DNA of 64,000 bases from Verrucomicrobiia bacterium (GTDB lineage: Bacteria > Verrucomicrobiota > Verrucomicrobiia > Limisphaerales > Fontisphaeraceae). Each line of letters starts with the position of its first letter. The first letter of the stretch is position 1. Positions 32,915 to 41,333 of this stretch are shown in pieces. The position numbers and the translations under genes were made by a program. The notes beneath the pieces were generated by a model. The model searched no databases, had not been told where the DNA came from, and worked only from the letters and a program-made list of their open reading frames with translations. The stretch covers positions 193 to 64,192 of the forward strand of contig JAOAIT010000065.1 of NCBI GenBank assembly GCA_026414565.1, written 5' to 3'.

Positions 32915-33387
32915 AAGCCTTCGCCTTGAATCTGCTCATCGCCACGATCTGGCTGCTGCTCAGCCAGTCCCCCTCGCCCGCCGTGTTTGCTCTGGGATTT
33001 CTGGCGGGCTTCCTGCTTCTCGCCGCCTTCAAAAGTGTGGTGGGCGCCGAAGATTACATTCGCCGCTGGGTTGGCCTGGTGCGCTTTATTCTCCTCTTCA
33101 CCCGGGAATTCATTACGGCCAATCTCAACGTGGCGTGGACGGTTTTGTTTCGCCCACCCACCACCCTGCGGCCCGGCTTTGTGACCTACGACGTCAGCGG
33201 TCTGAGCCGCACCGAAATTTTGATTCTTTCGTATTGCCTCACCCTCACGCCCGGCACCACCACCGTGGACATCAGTCCCGATTTCAAAACGCTGGTGTTC
33301 CATGCCCTGGACGCGCAGGAGCCGGAACAGCTCCGCGCCCAGTTGGACAACAAACTCAAACCCGCCCTGCTGGCGTTCACACGATGA
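32911..33387 (+). CDS. mrpE: Mrp antiporter subunit E
   Basis: 158 aa with ATGA overlap with mrpD. Two N-terminal TM helices and the LTLTPGTTTVD motif typical of MnhE. Confidence 0.75.
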   Translation: MKAFALNLLIATIWLLLSQSPSPAVFALGFLAGFLLLAAFKSVVGAEDYIRRWVGLVRFILLFTREFITANLNVAWTVLFRPPTTLRPGFVTYDVSGLSRTEILILSYCLTLTPGTTTVDISPDFKTLVFHALDAQEPEQLRAQLDNKLKPALLAFTR

Positions 33388-33692
33388 TCCATCTCACCAT
33401 CCTGTTGTCCTTTGTCCTCCTGTTTGTGGCCATCCTCCTGGGATTGTACCGGCTGGCGCGTGGCCCCACCGTGCTGGATCGCGTGCTGGCATTTGATTTG
33501 ATCACCACCTGCGCCGTGGGCATGATCATTCTGCTCTCCATCCAATGGCAGACGCCCCTTTTCCTGGAGCTGATTCTGGTTTTTGCGCTGCTCGGTTTCC
33601 TGACCACCGTGGCGTTTGTGGTCCACCTGCGCCAGACCCGCCAGCCCCCATCCTCCACGCCCGCCACCGTGGAAGCCCGGAAAAAGTTATGA
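33384..33692 (+). CDS. mrpF: Mrp antiporter subunit F
   Basis: Internal ATG 33384 of track ORF 32796..33692 overlaps the mrpE stop (ATGA). The product MIHLTILLSFVLLFVAILLGLYRLARGPTVLDRVLAFD is MnhF-like, with three TM segments. Confidence 0.75.
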   Translation: MIHLTILLSFVLLFVAILLGLYRLARGPTVLDRVLAFDLITTCAVGMIILLSIQWQTPLFLELILVFALLGFLTTVAFVVHLRQTRQPPSSTPATVEARKKL

Positions 33693-34027
33693 TCCACCTC
33701 CTTACCATACTCTGCCTGCTGCTCGGAGCGCTGCTCATTCTCACTGCGGCCATTGGTGTGGTGCGCCTGCCCGATGTGCTCTGCCGCTCCCACGCCGTGG
33801 CCAAGGCGCTCACACTGGGCATTTTCCTGATGCTGCTGGGACTCTGGCTGCAGTTGGAGGATCCCCGGCAGGGCCTGAAAATTGTCCTCGCCATCTTTTT
33901 CCAGGTGCTCACCATTCCCGTTTCGAGCCATCTTATCGGCCTCATCTCGCGCCAGGAAATGTTGCATAACAACTCCCCTCTTCCCTCCCCATCATCCCCC
34001 TCAGACGCCAAAGCTCCCCAAGCATAA
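33689..34027 (+). CDS. mrpG: Mrp antiporter subunit G
   Basis: Internal ATG 33689 of track ORF 33545..34027 overlaps the mrpF stop (ATGA). The product MIHLLTILCLLLGALLILTAAIGVVRLPDVLCRSHAVAKALTLG is MnhG-like. Confidence 0.75.
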   Translation: MIHLLTILCLLLGALLILTAAIGVVRLPDVLCRSHAVAKALTLGIFLMLLGLWLQLEDPRQGLKIVLAIFFQVLTIPVSSHLIGLISRQEMLHNNSPLPSPSSPSDAKAPQA

Positions 34028-34029
34028 CC

Positions 34030-34053
34030 GGAGGGCGTCGCGTGACGCCCTCC
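34030..34053. terminator. Perfect 10-bp GC-rich hairpin between the convergent mrpG and GH5-like genes (candidate intrinsic/bidirectional terminator, no U-tract)
   Basis: GGAGGGCGTC-gcgt-GACGCCCTCC starts 3 nt after the mrpG stop. Confidence 0.4.
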
Positions 34054-34242
34054 ACGGAGTCTCCCAACCACCAGGGCTTTGAGTCCCGATTGGCAAGCCC
34101 ACGCACCAACCCTTTTCCCAAGATGGGCCCGGGGCACAGCCCGGTTGTGGCACGAGCGGTAAGGTGGAAACGGACACCGCGGCAGAAAACCGGCTGGCCA
34201 CTCTGCCGCAGCCCGCTTGGCGTTTTTCCCGCAAGCTGGAAC

Positions 34243-35313
34243 CTAGGGGGCGGGGGGCGGTTGATAGCGATCACGAAGTTTCAAGAACTCGAACACCTGC
34301 CGATGATACGCGCTAAACTCCGGATCGGGGATGCCATGCGGCGGGCAGGCGGGCGTGCCATAGCCGGTCTGAAACATATCGTGATGATACACCGAATGCC
34401 CGCCCACCTTCCACACCTCCCAAATATGCAAAATGTGATCCATGGGATGGGTGACTTCCCGCGGGCCGCCAAAATTGGCCGTCCCATTGCGGGCGGGTTC
34501 ATCGTCCACCACCGGTTTCTTATACTCGGCCAGCAATCTCGCAATCTCCCGCGGGGCCAATATCCATGTTTTGCCCTGGCCCTGACGGCTGGTATGCGGT
34601 GTCAGGTAATCCAGTGTTTCGTTCAGCTCCCGCGGCCCCAGGACGCCCGCCACCCCGGGCGAGCTGGTCACCAGCCGCCGCGGATCTTCCTCCCGCAGCG
34701 CGCGCACCAGCGGCAGCACGCGCTCGTCGTGGTGTTCATTCCAGATTTGCAACGTCAGATTCCGCCATGGTTTCAACTCGGCGGCCAGCGCGCGCACCGC
34801 TTTTTCATCCGCGCCAGCCGGCAGGCGGATTCCTTCCCGGAAACTTTCCTGCGCAAAGAGGCAGAGCTGGATGACCATCTCTTCCACCCGCGCATCCGTG
34901 AGCAACGCCTTGAGCGTCTGCAGCGGCGCCGGCCGCAAAGTCCCATCGGGTTGATACAAAGTGCTTGTCGGCGCGGCGTCCACAAACCCGCGTTTATTGT
35001 CCCATTGCGCCCACACGCGCAGGACGTTGATGCCGTAACTCCGAAACTTCCTCAGCCACTGGCGGCGGCTGGCGGAGTCACGATTAAACGCGGGATTGTA
35101 GAGCGCGTTGAAAAAACTCACCCCCGTGAACGGAAAAGGCCGCCCGTCCAGCCGGAATCGCGTGCCGCTCACCGACAGTTCCATCGTGGAGGGTGCCATT
35201 TCCGCCGGGCCACTGGCACTCCAACCGTCCTGAACCGTCCAGAGCATGCCCGCGGAGGTTGCCGACCAAAAACCAGTCTGTTGCAAAAAACGACGCCGAC
35301 TCACAGGGTTCAT
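34243..35313 (-). CDS. Tat-signal secreted glycoside-hydrolase-like protein (GH5/cellulase-like TIM barrel, tentative)
   Basis: The preferred start is MNPVSRRRFLQQTGFW (ATG 35313, twin-arginine). GINVLRVWAQWD and LTLQIWNEHH (an NE acid/base-like motif) suggest clan GH-A. The family was not verified. Confidence 0.5.
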   Translation of the reverse strand: MNPVSRRRFLQQTGFWSATSAGMLWTVQDGWSASGPAEMAPSTMELSVSGTRFRLDGRPFPFTGVSFFNALYNPAFNRDSASRRQWLRKFRSYGINVLRVWAQWDNKRGFVDAAPTSTLYQPDGTLRPAPLQTLKALLTDARVEEMVIQLCLFAQESFREGIRLPAGADEKAVRALAAELKPWRNLTLQIWNEHHDERVLPLVRALREEDPRRLVTSSPGVAGVLGPRELNETLDYLTPHTSRQGQGKTWILAPREIARLLAEYKKPVVDDEPARNGTANFGGPREVTHPMDHILHIWEVWKVGGHSVYHHDMFQTGYGTPACPPHGIPDPEFSAYHRQVFEFLKLRDRYQPPPAP

Positions 35314-35396
35314 GGTGTACTTATCCAGTCCGCCAAGATTGGTTTCAAGCCCTAATACCGCAACTTCACGGGGGACCAGCGAGGGAGTCCGGACGG

Positions 35397-37634
35397 CTAA
35401 CTTCCCAAATCCACCGCGCACCGGAAGCCCACCGTGGCACAACGCTCCAAACCGGGCCAGAAGCGCAGCAGTTTGGCCGTGTGCGCGTTCGGACGGGGGC
35501 CGCCGTCGAAATACCAAATCGACCCTTCCGCCTTGTACCAACAACCGCCTTTGAGCAGCACAAAGCGGTTGCGCCCATCCGTGTGTTCGCTTTCCGTCAG
35601 CTCCCACACGTTGCCGCAGCAATCGTACAGGCCAAAAGGTGAGCGACCGCCCGGAAACGCCGTCACCGGCGTGGTGCCGCCGGTTTGTCCCCCGTTGCGT
35701 CGGGCCGGATCATCCTCCTGCCCCCAAGGGTATTTGAGCGCCGTGGGCCCCTGCGCGGCGTATTGCCATTCCTCCTCCGTGGGCAGCCGTTTGCCGGCCC
35801 AGGCGGCATAGGCGCGGGCATCGTCTAGGGTGACATAAACCACCGGATGCTCCTCAAGCCCTGCGGGAAGTCGGCCATTCCCCCAATGCTTGAGGAAATT
35901 ATCCGGGATGGCCGGCCGGTATTTCGTGGCTTTCATGAAGGCCGCAAATTGGCGGTTGGTGACAGGCGTGGCGTCAATAGCATAAGGCTTGAGCGCCACC
36001 CGCCGGACAAAGGAGCGGGTCCCTCTGCTGGTGTGGGGACGATCCGGGGAGGCCTCGTAATAGCCCAGCTCGCGCACGGTGAATTCCACCGTCAGCTCCA
36101 CCGTAGCCGCAGGAATGCGGATCATGCCTTCAGGCGCTTGCGCATGAATCCGGGTGGGCGTCACAGGAATGCGTTGCGCAACCGAACGGGCTGGCGTGGT
36201 GTCATCACTGGCCGCTGCATGCACCCGCTGTTGTCGGCGCAGAAAATCATTCCAACCTTGAGGCAGCCGGCCGGCTTCCCGGGCGTAAAAGCAACCCACG
36301 CCGCGGGGGCGAAGGCTCCCAGAAAGAATCCACAGGCCATTTTTGTTTTCAGCCCGGATTTCAAGTCCTTGCACAAGATCGAACAACCGCTGACCGGCTG
36401 AGCCTTGAATGGCCAGCAGCGGCCCTTGCACCGCCTTGTCTGAACGATTCACCAATGTCCACAGCCGCTCCGTGCCCTCGCCCCATTGCGAGGCAAAAAC
36501 CGCCGGATGAAGTGTCGGCACCAACGGCATCCATGCCTCGCCGGCAAACAAGGCGGCAAAACGCCGCTGAATGGGCAGGAGGGTGCGCAGGAGGGAGCGA
36601 TCGCGGGCGTTCCACCCTACCCACTGGCCGAAGACGTTTTCCCACACCATCATCCCGCTGCCGTTCATCCAGGCGGTGTGCAGCTCGCTGGAATGATCCC
36701 ATTCCCAGCGCCGGATTTGATGCTGCATGTGGCGGCGTTCAAACCATTTGTTGCGAAGCACGCCGGGCGCGGGGCTGTCAAATTCACCCCACCACTGCGC
36801 CCATGACAAATGATGATCATGGACGTTCTGCAACGGGAGCATCAGCTCGCCCTCCAGCGCCACCCCGCGGCGCACCGCATCCAGCCGCTGGCGAAAATCA
36901 CCAGCAGCCTTGTCCAAGGTGTCCAAAAAGATGCCGTCGGCCTCCAGCTCAGCTACCATCTGGACCAGCGACGCCAGATGATCCTCTCCCCCCAGGCGCG
37001 TCCCCGTGTCCCAAGGATTGTAACAAAGAAAGACTTTGACCCCACGGGTTTGAAAGCGACGGACAACCTGGCGCACACCCCGCAGCCCGCCGGGCAGCTC
37101 GCGGTAATAATCAAACTGGTTGCGCCCATCCACGCCAATCCACGGATAGGCCTGCCAGAGCACCACCGCGTCATAGCCGCCAAAGGTTTGCGCTTCCGCG
37201 TCCAAAAACTCCTCCACCCGGTAACGCCCCCGGCGCGCGTCCAAAAACCGCTCGTCGTTCAACATTAAAAAACAACAGCAGAAGCACGAGGACACCCAGG
37301 CAAAGTCGGGACGCTGATAGAGCGCATCCGAGTAATTCAACTTCGCCCGGATTTTGCTCCGCATCTTCATCAAGGCCTCACGCCATGCCGGCCATTGCGC
37401 CGGGTCCTTCGGCGCCGGAATGAGCGCAGGGGGAAAACCATCCGGGGCGAAGGGAATCAAGCTGGATTGCTCCGCGCCCGCCGGTGTCTGAGCCCGCAAC
37501 GCATCAAGCCAGAGCAACGCCGTCCCGCCGCAGGCCAGACGCCGCAGCCATTCCCGGCGATTGATTGACGCCGCAGGATTTCGCAGCAGTCTGCTGTGGT
37601 GGATCTTGTGGGTCATGGTCACGCCGGGCCGCAA
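35397..37634 (-). CDS. Tat-signal protein: N-terminal glycoside-hydrolase-like domain fused to a C-terminal FGE/SUMF1-family (formylglycine-generating-enzyme-like) domain
   Basis: 745 aa with the likely ATG at 37616 (MTHKIHH) and NRREWLRRLA. The C-terminal 270 aa carry FGE-sulfatase-family motifs: IDATPVTNRQFAAFM, YVTLDDARAYAAWAGKRLPTEEEWQYAAQG, FGLYDCCGNVWELT, LLKGGCW and VGFRCAVD. Confidence 0.7.
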   Translation of the reverse strand: MRPGVTMTHKIHHSRLLRNPAASINRREWLRRLACGGTALLWLDALRAQTPAGAEQSSLIPFAPDGFPPALIPAPKDPAQWPAWREALMKMRSKIRAKLNYSDALYQRPDFAWVSSCFCCCFLMLNDERFLDARRGRYRVEEFLDAEAQTFGGYDAVVLWQAYPWIGVDGRNQFDYYRELPGGLRGVRQVVRRFQTRGVKVFLCYNPWDTGTRLGGEDHLASLVQMVAELEADGIFLDTLDKAAGDFRQRLDAVRRGVALEGELMLPLQNVHDHHLSWAQWWGEFDSPAPGVLRNKWFERRHMQHQIRRWEWDHSSELHTAWMNGSGMMVWENVFGQWVGWNARDRSLLRTLLPIQRRFAALFAGEAWMPLVPTLHPAVFASQWGEGTERLWTLVNRSDKAVQGPLLAIQGSAGQRLFDLVQGLEIRAENKNGLWILSGSLRPRGVGCFYAREAGRLPQGWNDFLRRQQRVHAAASDDTTPARSVAQRIPVTPTRIHAQAPEGMIRIPAATVELTVEFTVRELGYYEASPDRPHTSRGTRSFVRRVALKPYAIDATPVTNRQFAAFMKATKYRPAIPDNFLKHWGNGRLPAGLEEHPVVYVTLDDARAYAAWAGKRLPTEEEWQYAAQGPTALKYPWGQEDDPARRNGGQTGGTTPVTAFPGGRSPFGLYDCCGNVWELTESEHTDGRNRFVLLKGGCWYKAEGSIWYFDGGPRPNAHTAKLLRFWPGLERCATVGFRCAVDLGS

Positions 37635-37725
37635 TACGCCAGCCCGGCGGCAAGATTAGCGCCGCTCCGCCACCGATTCAAAGCCACAGTGAAGGCAATG
37701 CAGCCAAAACATGACCCCATCCTTC

Positions 37726-39114
37726 TCAAGGCACGCGAAACTCCCCGAGTGTCAGCCAGCCGGATTGATGTTGATCTTGCGATTGATTGGCGAAGCGCAG
37801 CGGCAGGCCATGGATGAGCGGGTTGACCACCCGCAGCAATAAACGGTACACGCCCGGCGGCAGCGCCGCAACCTTGCCGCGGTGTTGCCACCCAACGGCA
37901 GCTTCTCCCGGCAGGATGGTGGAGAGCCGCCAATCGGTTTTCCACACGGCCATCTGCTCGCCAGCCCCGCTCACCACTGCCAGTTCAACCGGCCAGTCAT
38001 AATAAAAGGGCGCCACGCCGGTATTGGTAACCATCAGCGAAACGCCCAGTTGACCCCCGCCAGCGTTGATTTCCGCCGCAGTGACATACAGCTCGTAGCC
38101 CATGCGTTGGGCGGCACGAAGTGCGCGTTCGCGGGCCGCCCCCTGCAGTTTGCCCCGAAAAACGCCCTCATTGCAGAGCCAGGAAACATGGGTCACCTCC
38201 ACGCAACGATCAAACTCCTGTCCGGCGGGCGCACAAGAAGGCTCGTCAAAGAGGCACTTCCAGATTTCCGGGCGTACCTCGCCGCCAATTGGCTGCGTGC
38301 GCCATTTATCCAGCGCTCCGGCGGCGCGCAGGCGGGTCTCAAAAAACCACTCATTCCCCTTTTTGCCCGTGTGCACCGTGGCCCACGCAAAGGAATCGTC
38401 GTGATAACCGATGGCCCGCCGGCTGTTGTCAGCATAGACGGGGTCGTTCGGGCCGGCGGGGTAGCGCGCCACCAGCTTGGTCTTTTTGAACGCGGCCTCA
38501 AAGGCGTCCATCACCTCCCGTTGGACGGTCTTGGAGGCAAACCATTTTTGGTTGGGATAATTATGCCACTCGCCCCATGTCCCGAGCAGGCCAAGGCCGA
38601 TGAAGCCCACCCGCGGATCGCCGTCGTATCGGCGGCCCAGCGCGTAAATGAAATTGGTCAGCGCCGCGCGCAGGCGTGGGTCCTCGTAATCCGGCGTGTG
38701 ATCCACCGCAGGCGGAAACGGCTGCGTGTTCGTGTTCGTCCACCGTCGCATGGTTAATCCCGCGTCAATCAAGTATTGCGGCACGCCCGTGCTTCTGCCC
38801 GGCCACTCCATATAAAAGCGGGCGATGAACTGGTGCCCGCGCGAAGCGGCCGCGTTGAGTTTCGCCTCAAACGGCGCCCAATTAAAATTCGTCGGGCCGG
38901 TCATCACCTCGGATAGTTTGGTATAATCCCACTCCAGGCTGTGGGGGAAGGTCTTGTCCTCGCGCAGGTACGGCACAAAACCCTTGAGCGGATTGTCCGG
39001 CGGCGCGGGCGCATAAGCCAGGCTGGCCGCCTGGACCAGGCACCACGGCAGCAGCCACAGCAATCCCCATCCCAAAGTTCGCAGACGGCCGGCAAAATGG
39101 CGTTGAAGGTTCAT
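37726..39114 (-). CDS. Secreted glycoside-hydrolase-like protein (resembles the DUF4874/DUF4832 family, tentative)
   Basis: 462 aa with signal peptide LGWGLLWLLPWCLVQAAS. Contains FIGLGLLGTWGEWHNYP and IGGEVRPEIW and a C-terminal beta-sandwich-like tail. The family is recalled from memory only. Confidence 0.45.
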   Translation of the reverse strand: MNLQRHFAGRLRTLGWGLLWLLPWCLVQAASLAYAPAPPDNPLKGFVPYLREDKTFPHSLEWDYTKLSEVMTGPTNFNWAPFEAKLNAAASRGHQFIARFYMEWPGRSTGVPQYLIDAGLTMRRWTNTNTQPFPPAVDHTPDYEDPRLRAALTNFIYALGRRYDGDPRVGFIGLGLLGTWGEWHNYPNQKWFASKTVQREVMDAFEAAFKKTKLVARYPAGPNDPVYADNSRRAIGYHDDSFAWATVHTGKKGNEWFFETRLRAAGALDKWRTQPIGGEVRPEIWKCLFDEPSCAPAGQEFDRCVEVTHVSWLCNEGVFRGKLQGAARERALRAAQRMGYELYVTAAEINAGGGQLGVSLMVTNTGVAPFYYDWPVELAVVSGAGEQMAVWKTDWRLSTILPGEAAVGWQHRGKVAALPPGVYRLLLRVVNPLIHGLPLRFANQSQDQHQSGWLTLGEFRVP

Positions 39115-39280
39115 TTTGGCTTAAGGTTTTTAGTCTTGCATGAGCCTCGGCGCGCGCCAGAACCAGCCCCCAACCACCACCCGCCCGCTGCTCCGCCAGC
39201 GCCGTTGCGGCGCGTGCGGCTTTGGCGCAAGCCCAGCCAATCAAAGGATAAAGTGTCGTGCCGAACCACACGAACCCTGT

Positions 39281-41215
39281 TCATTCCGCCGCCATCTCCA
39301 CCCAGCGGGTGCGCACGTTGCGACCGGTGGGCAGTTCCCAGGTTTCCTGATGGCCCAGGAGACGGCTTTGTGTGTGCGTGCCTGCGTGATCAATCCAGTG
39401 ATAAGTGACACACGTGCGGCCGCCACCAGCCACAGGGTAGATCAGATGCCCCTCGACCCGCCGGTAGCGCTTGCCCCCGTCGTTGTGCAAACGCACTCGC
39501 ACGGCGGAGGCCTGGTTGTCCGGCAGATGCGCGTGCGCCGACCACAGAGTCTGCGACCAAAAATCCGCCGGTTCCACACCGCGCCGCACAATACGACCAT
39601 CCTTCAGCAAAGGCAGCCAGGTGCGCCCGCCATCCAGTGAATACTCCATCTGGTAACGCACCTGGGGGTTGGGCGGGTTGCCGGAGGCCACATGCGCGGC
39701 CACGTAAAGCTCCCGCGCCGGCTCGCCGCGAGGAGTCTTGAACTCCAGCGTGACCCGCGGGCTGTCCCACCCCCCCTCGATGATGCGCGGGCCGGCCTGC
39801 GTCACGTTGGGGCCGAAGCTCACGATGGCGCGTCCGCCAATTTCCAGCCTGATACGGGTGCCGCCATCCTTGAGTCGCGGAAAGGTGGCGGGATTAGCCT
39901 GGCAGATGGTGGTGATGGTCAGGCCGCTACCGGCCAGCCGGGACGCCGGCGCGCCCAACCGCAGTTGCCACTGGCGGCGGCCCTTGACGTGATCGGTCAA
40001 ATCCATGCCATCGGCAAAGGCGCCACAGTCCTTCCACGTCGCGCCGCCATCGGTGGAAATGGCAACAGCGCACCCGGCGCGGCCATTCAGGACGAGGCCG
40101 CGGCGGCCGCCCGGCTGGTAAATGTCCCAGGGGCCATCCCCGGCGGGCATCGCGGCGATAATGTACGGCGTATAAAACTCCAGCGTGACGTGGCGCTCGC
40201 TCTCGTCCACCACGCCTTCTTTATAGCCGCCGCCGGCGAAGTCCGGCTGCCAGACATATTGCGCGTTGCCGTAGCGGGCCTGGCCGTCCACGTGCGGAGT
40301 GCCGGTTCGACTGCCAAACATTTTCTCCGGCTGGTTGACCCACGTGCGCGAGCGTTCAGGGCCGGGGATGCCGCCGGTGCGGTAGTTGCGGCCCCAGAAG
40401 ACAAAGGTGCGGCCGTCTTCCAGTCCCGGCTCAAACCAACGCCGCAGCCGCTCGCCCTGGCGCAGGTGGACGATCGGCGGGGGGCCGGCGTAACCCGCCT
40501 GGTATTCAGCGGTCTTGTAGGCCGCGTACGCCGCGCCGTCGCCCGGGTGCAACCCGCAGACCAGCCAGCCCTGCTGGCGCTCCGGGGCATGCTCGCGGCT
40601 GGTCAGGGTTTTCCAATTTTTGCTGATGACATCCAGCCCCAACAGCGTGCGGCCCTCGGCATCAAAAATCACGGTGGACAAATCGTGATCCACCATCGCC
40701 CAGCGGCCCTCGCCGTAGCCCTCGCCGGTGAGAAAGACTTCCAGGGAGTTGTGCCCGCTGGTGCCCGTCACGCGGCTGCGGCAAGGACCCAGCATGGCGT
40801 CCAGCTCCGCCGTCCACTGCGCATGGGTGGTGCCGCACAAAGCGAATCCATGCGCGAAAAGGCCGGTCCAATAGTCGCGCGTGGCGGAGTCGCTGGAGTT
40901 GGAGAACCCCTTGCCCCACAGGTCCTCGGTGCCTTCCTCGCCGTGGGCGTAGTGGGTGTTGCGAAAGAACCATGAGGCCAGCACGCGGTCCTGCTCCGTG
41001 CGCACCGGACGGCCGGTGGCGCGTTCGTACTGGGCCGCCTGAGTGGCGAAGAGCCGCGGAAAAGAGGACATGGCCAGCTCGCCGGGATACCATGGATGAT
41101 CGGTGGCCAGTTGGGGATCGCCCACACCAGCTTGCAGGCCGGCCGACAGCCCGAGCATGGCGAGCCCGCAGAGCCGGCGCGCGCCGCCAACCCTCAATCG
41201 CTCGCAGAGTTTCAT
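39281..41215 (-). CDS. Secreted protein with an N-terminal transglutaminase-like (Cys-His-Asp) core and C-terminal BNR/Asp-box repeats
   Basis: The preferred start is MKLCERLRVGGARRLCGLAMLGLSAGLQA (ATG 41215). GFALCGTTHAQW ... GHNSLEVFL ... RWAMVDHD matches the order and spacing of the transglutaminase-fold triad. Asp-boxes are ISTDGGATW and YSLDGGRTW. Confidence 0.45.
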   Translation of the reverse strand: MKLCERLRVGGARRLCGLAMLGLSAGLQAGVGDPQLATDHPWYPGELAMSSFPRLFATQAAQYERATGRPVRTEQDRVLASWFFRNTHYAHGEEGTEDLWGKGFSNSSDSATRDYWTGLFAHGFALCGTTHAQWTAELDAMLGPCRSRVTGTSGHNSLEVFLTGEGYGEGRWAMVDHDLSTVIFDAEGRTLLGLDVISKNWKTLTSREHAPERQQGWLVCGLHPGDGAAYAAYKTAEYQAGYAGPPPIVHLRQGERLRRWFEPGLEDGRTFVFWGRNYRTGGIPGPERSRTWVNQPEKMFGSRTGTPHVDGQARYGNAQYVWQPDFAGGGYKEGVVDESERHVTLEFYTPYIIAAMPAGDGPWDIYQPGGRRGLVLNGRAGCAVAISTDGGATWKDCGAFADGMDLTDHVKGRRQWQLRLGAPASRLAGSGLTITTICQANPATFPRLKDGGTRIRLEIGGRAIVSFGPNVTQAGPRIIEGGWDSPRVTLEFKTPRGEPARELYVAAHVASGNPPNPQVRYQMEYSLDGGRTWLPLLKDGRIVRRGVEPADFWSQTLWSAHAHLPDNQASAVRVRLHNDGGKRYRRVEGHLIYPVAGGGRTCVTYHWIDHAGTHTQSRLLGHQETWELPTGRNVRTRWVEMAAE

Positions 41216-41333
41216 ATTGAATTGGACGCTGCCGCCGGCCTTTCCTTCAGGCGGAAAGGTTTCATCCAGCCGGAGCCTCAACGCTGCCGTCCGCACGCCG
41301 GCGCCGGATCAGTTTCGTGTCCTGGTGTTGGCC

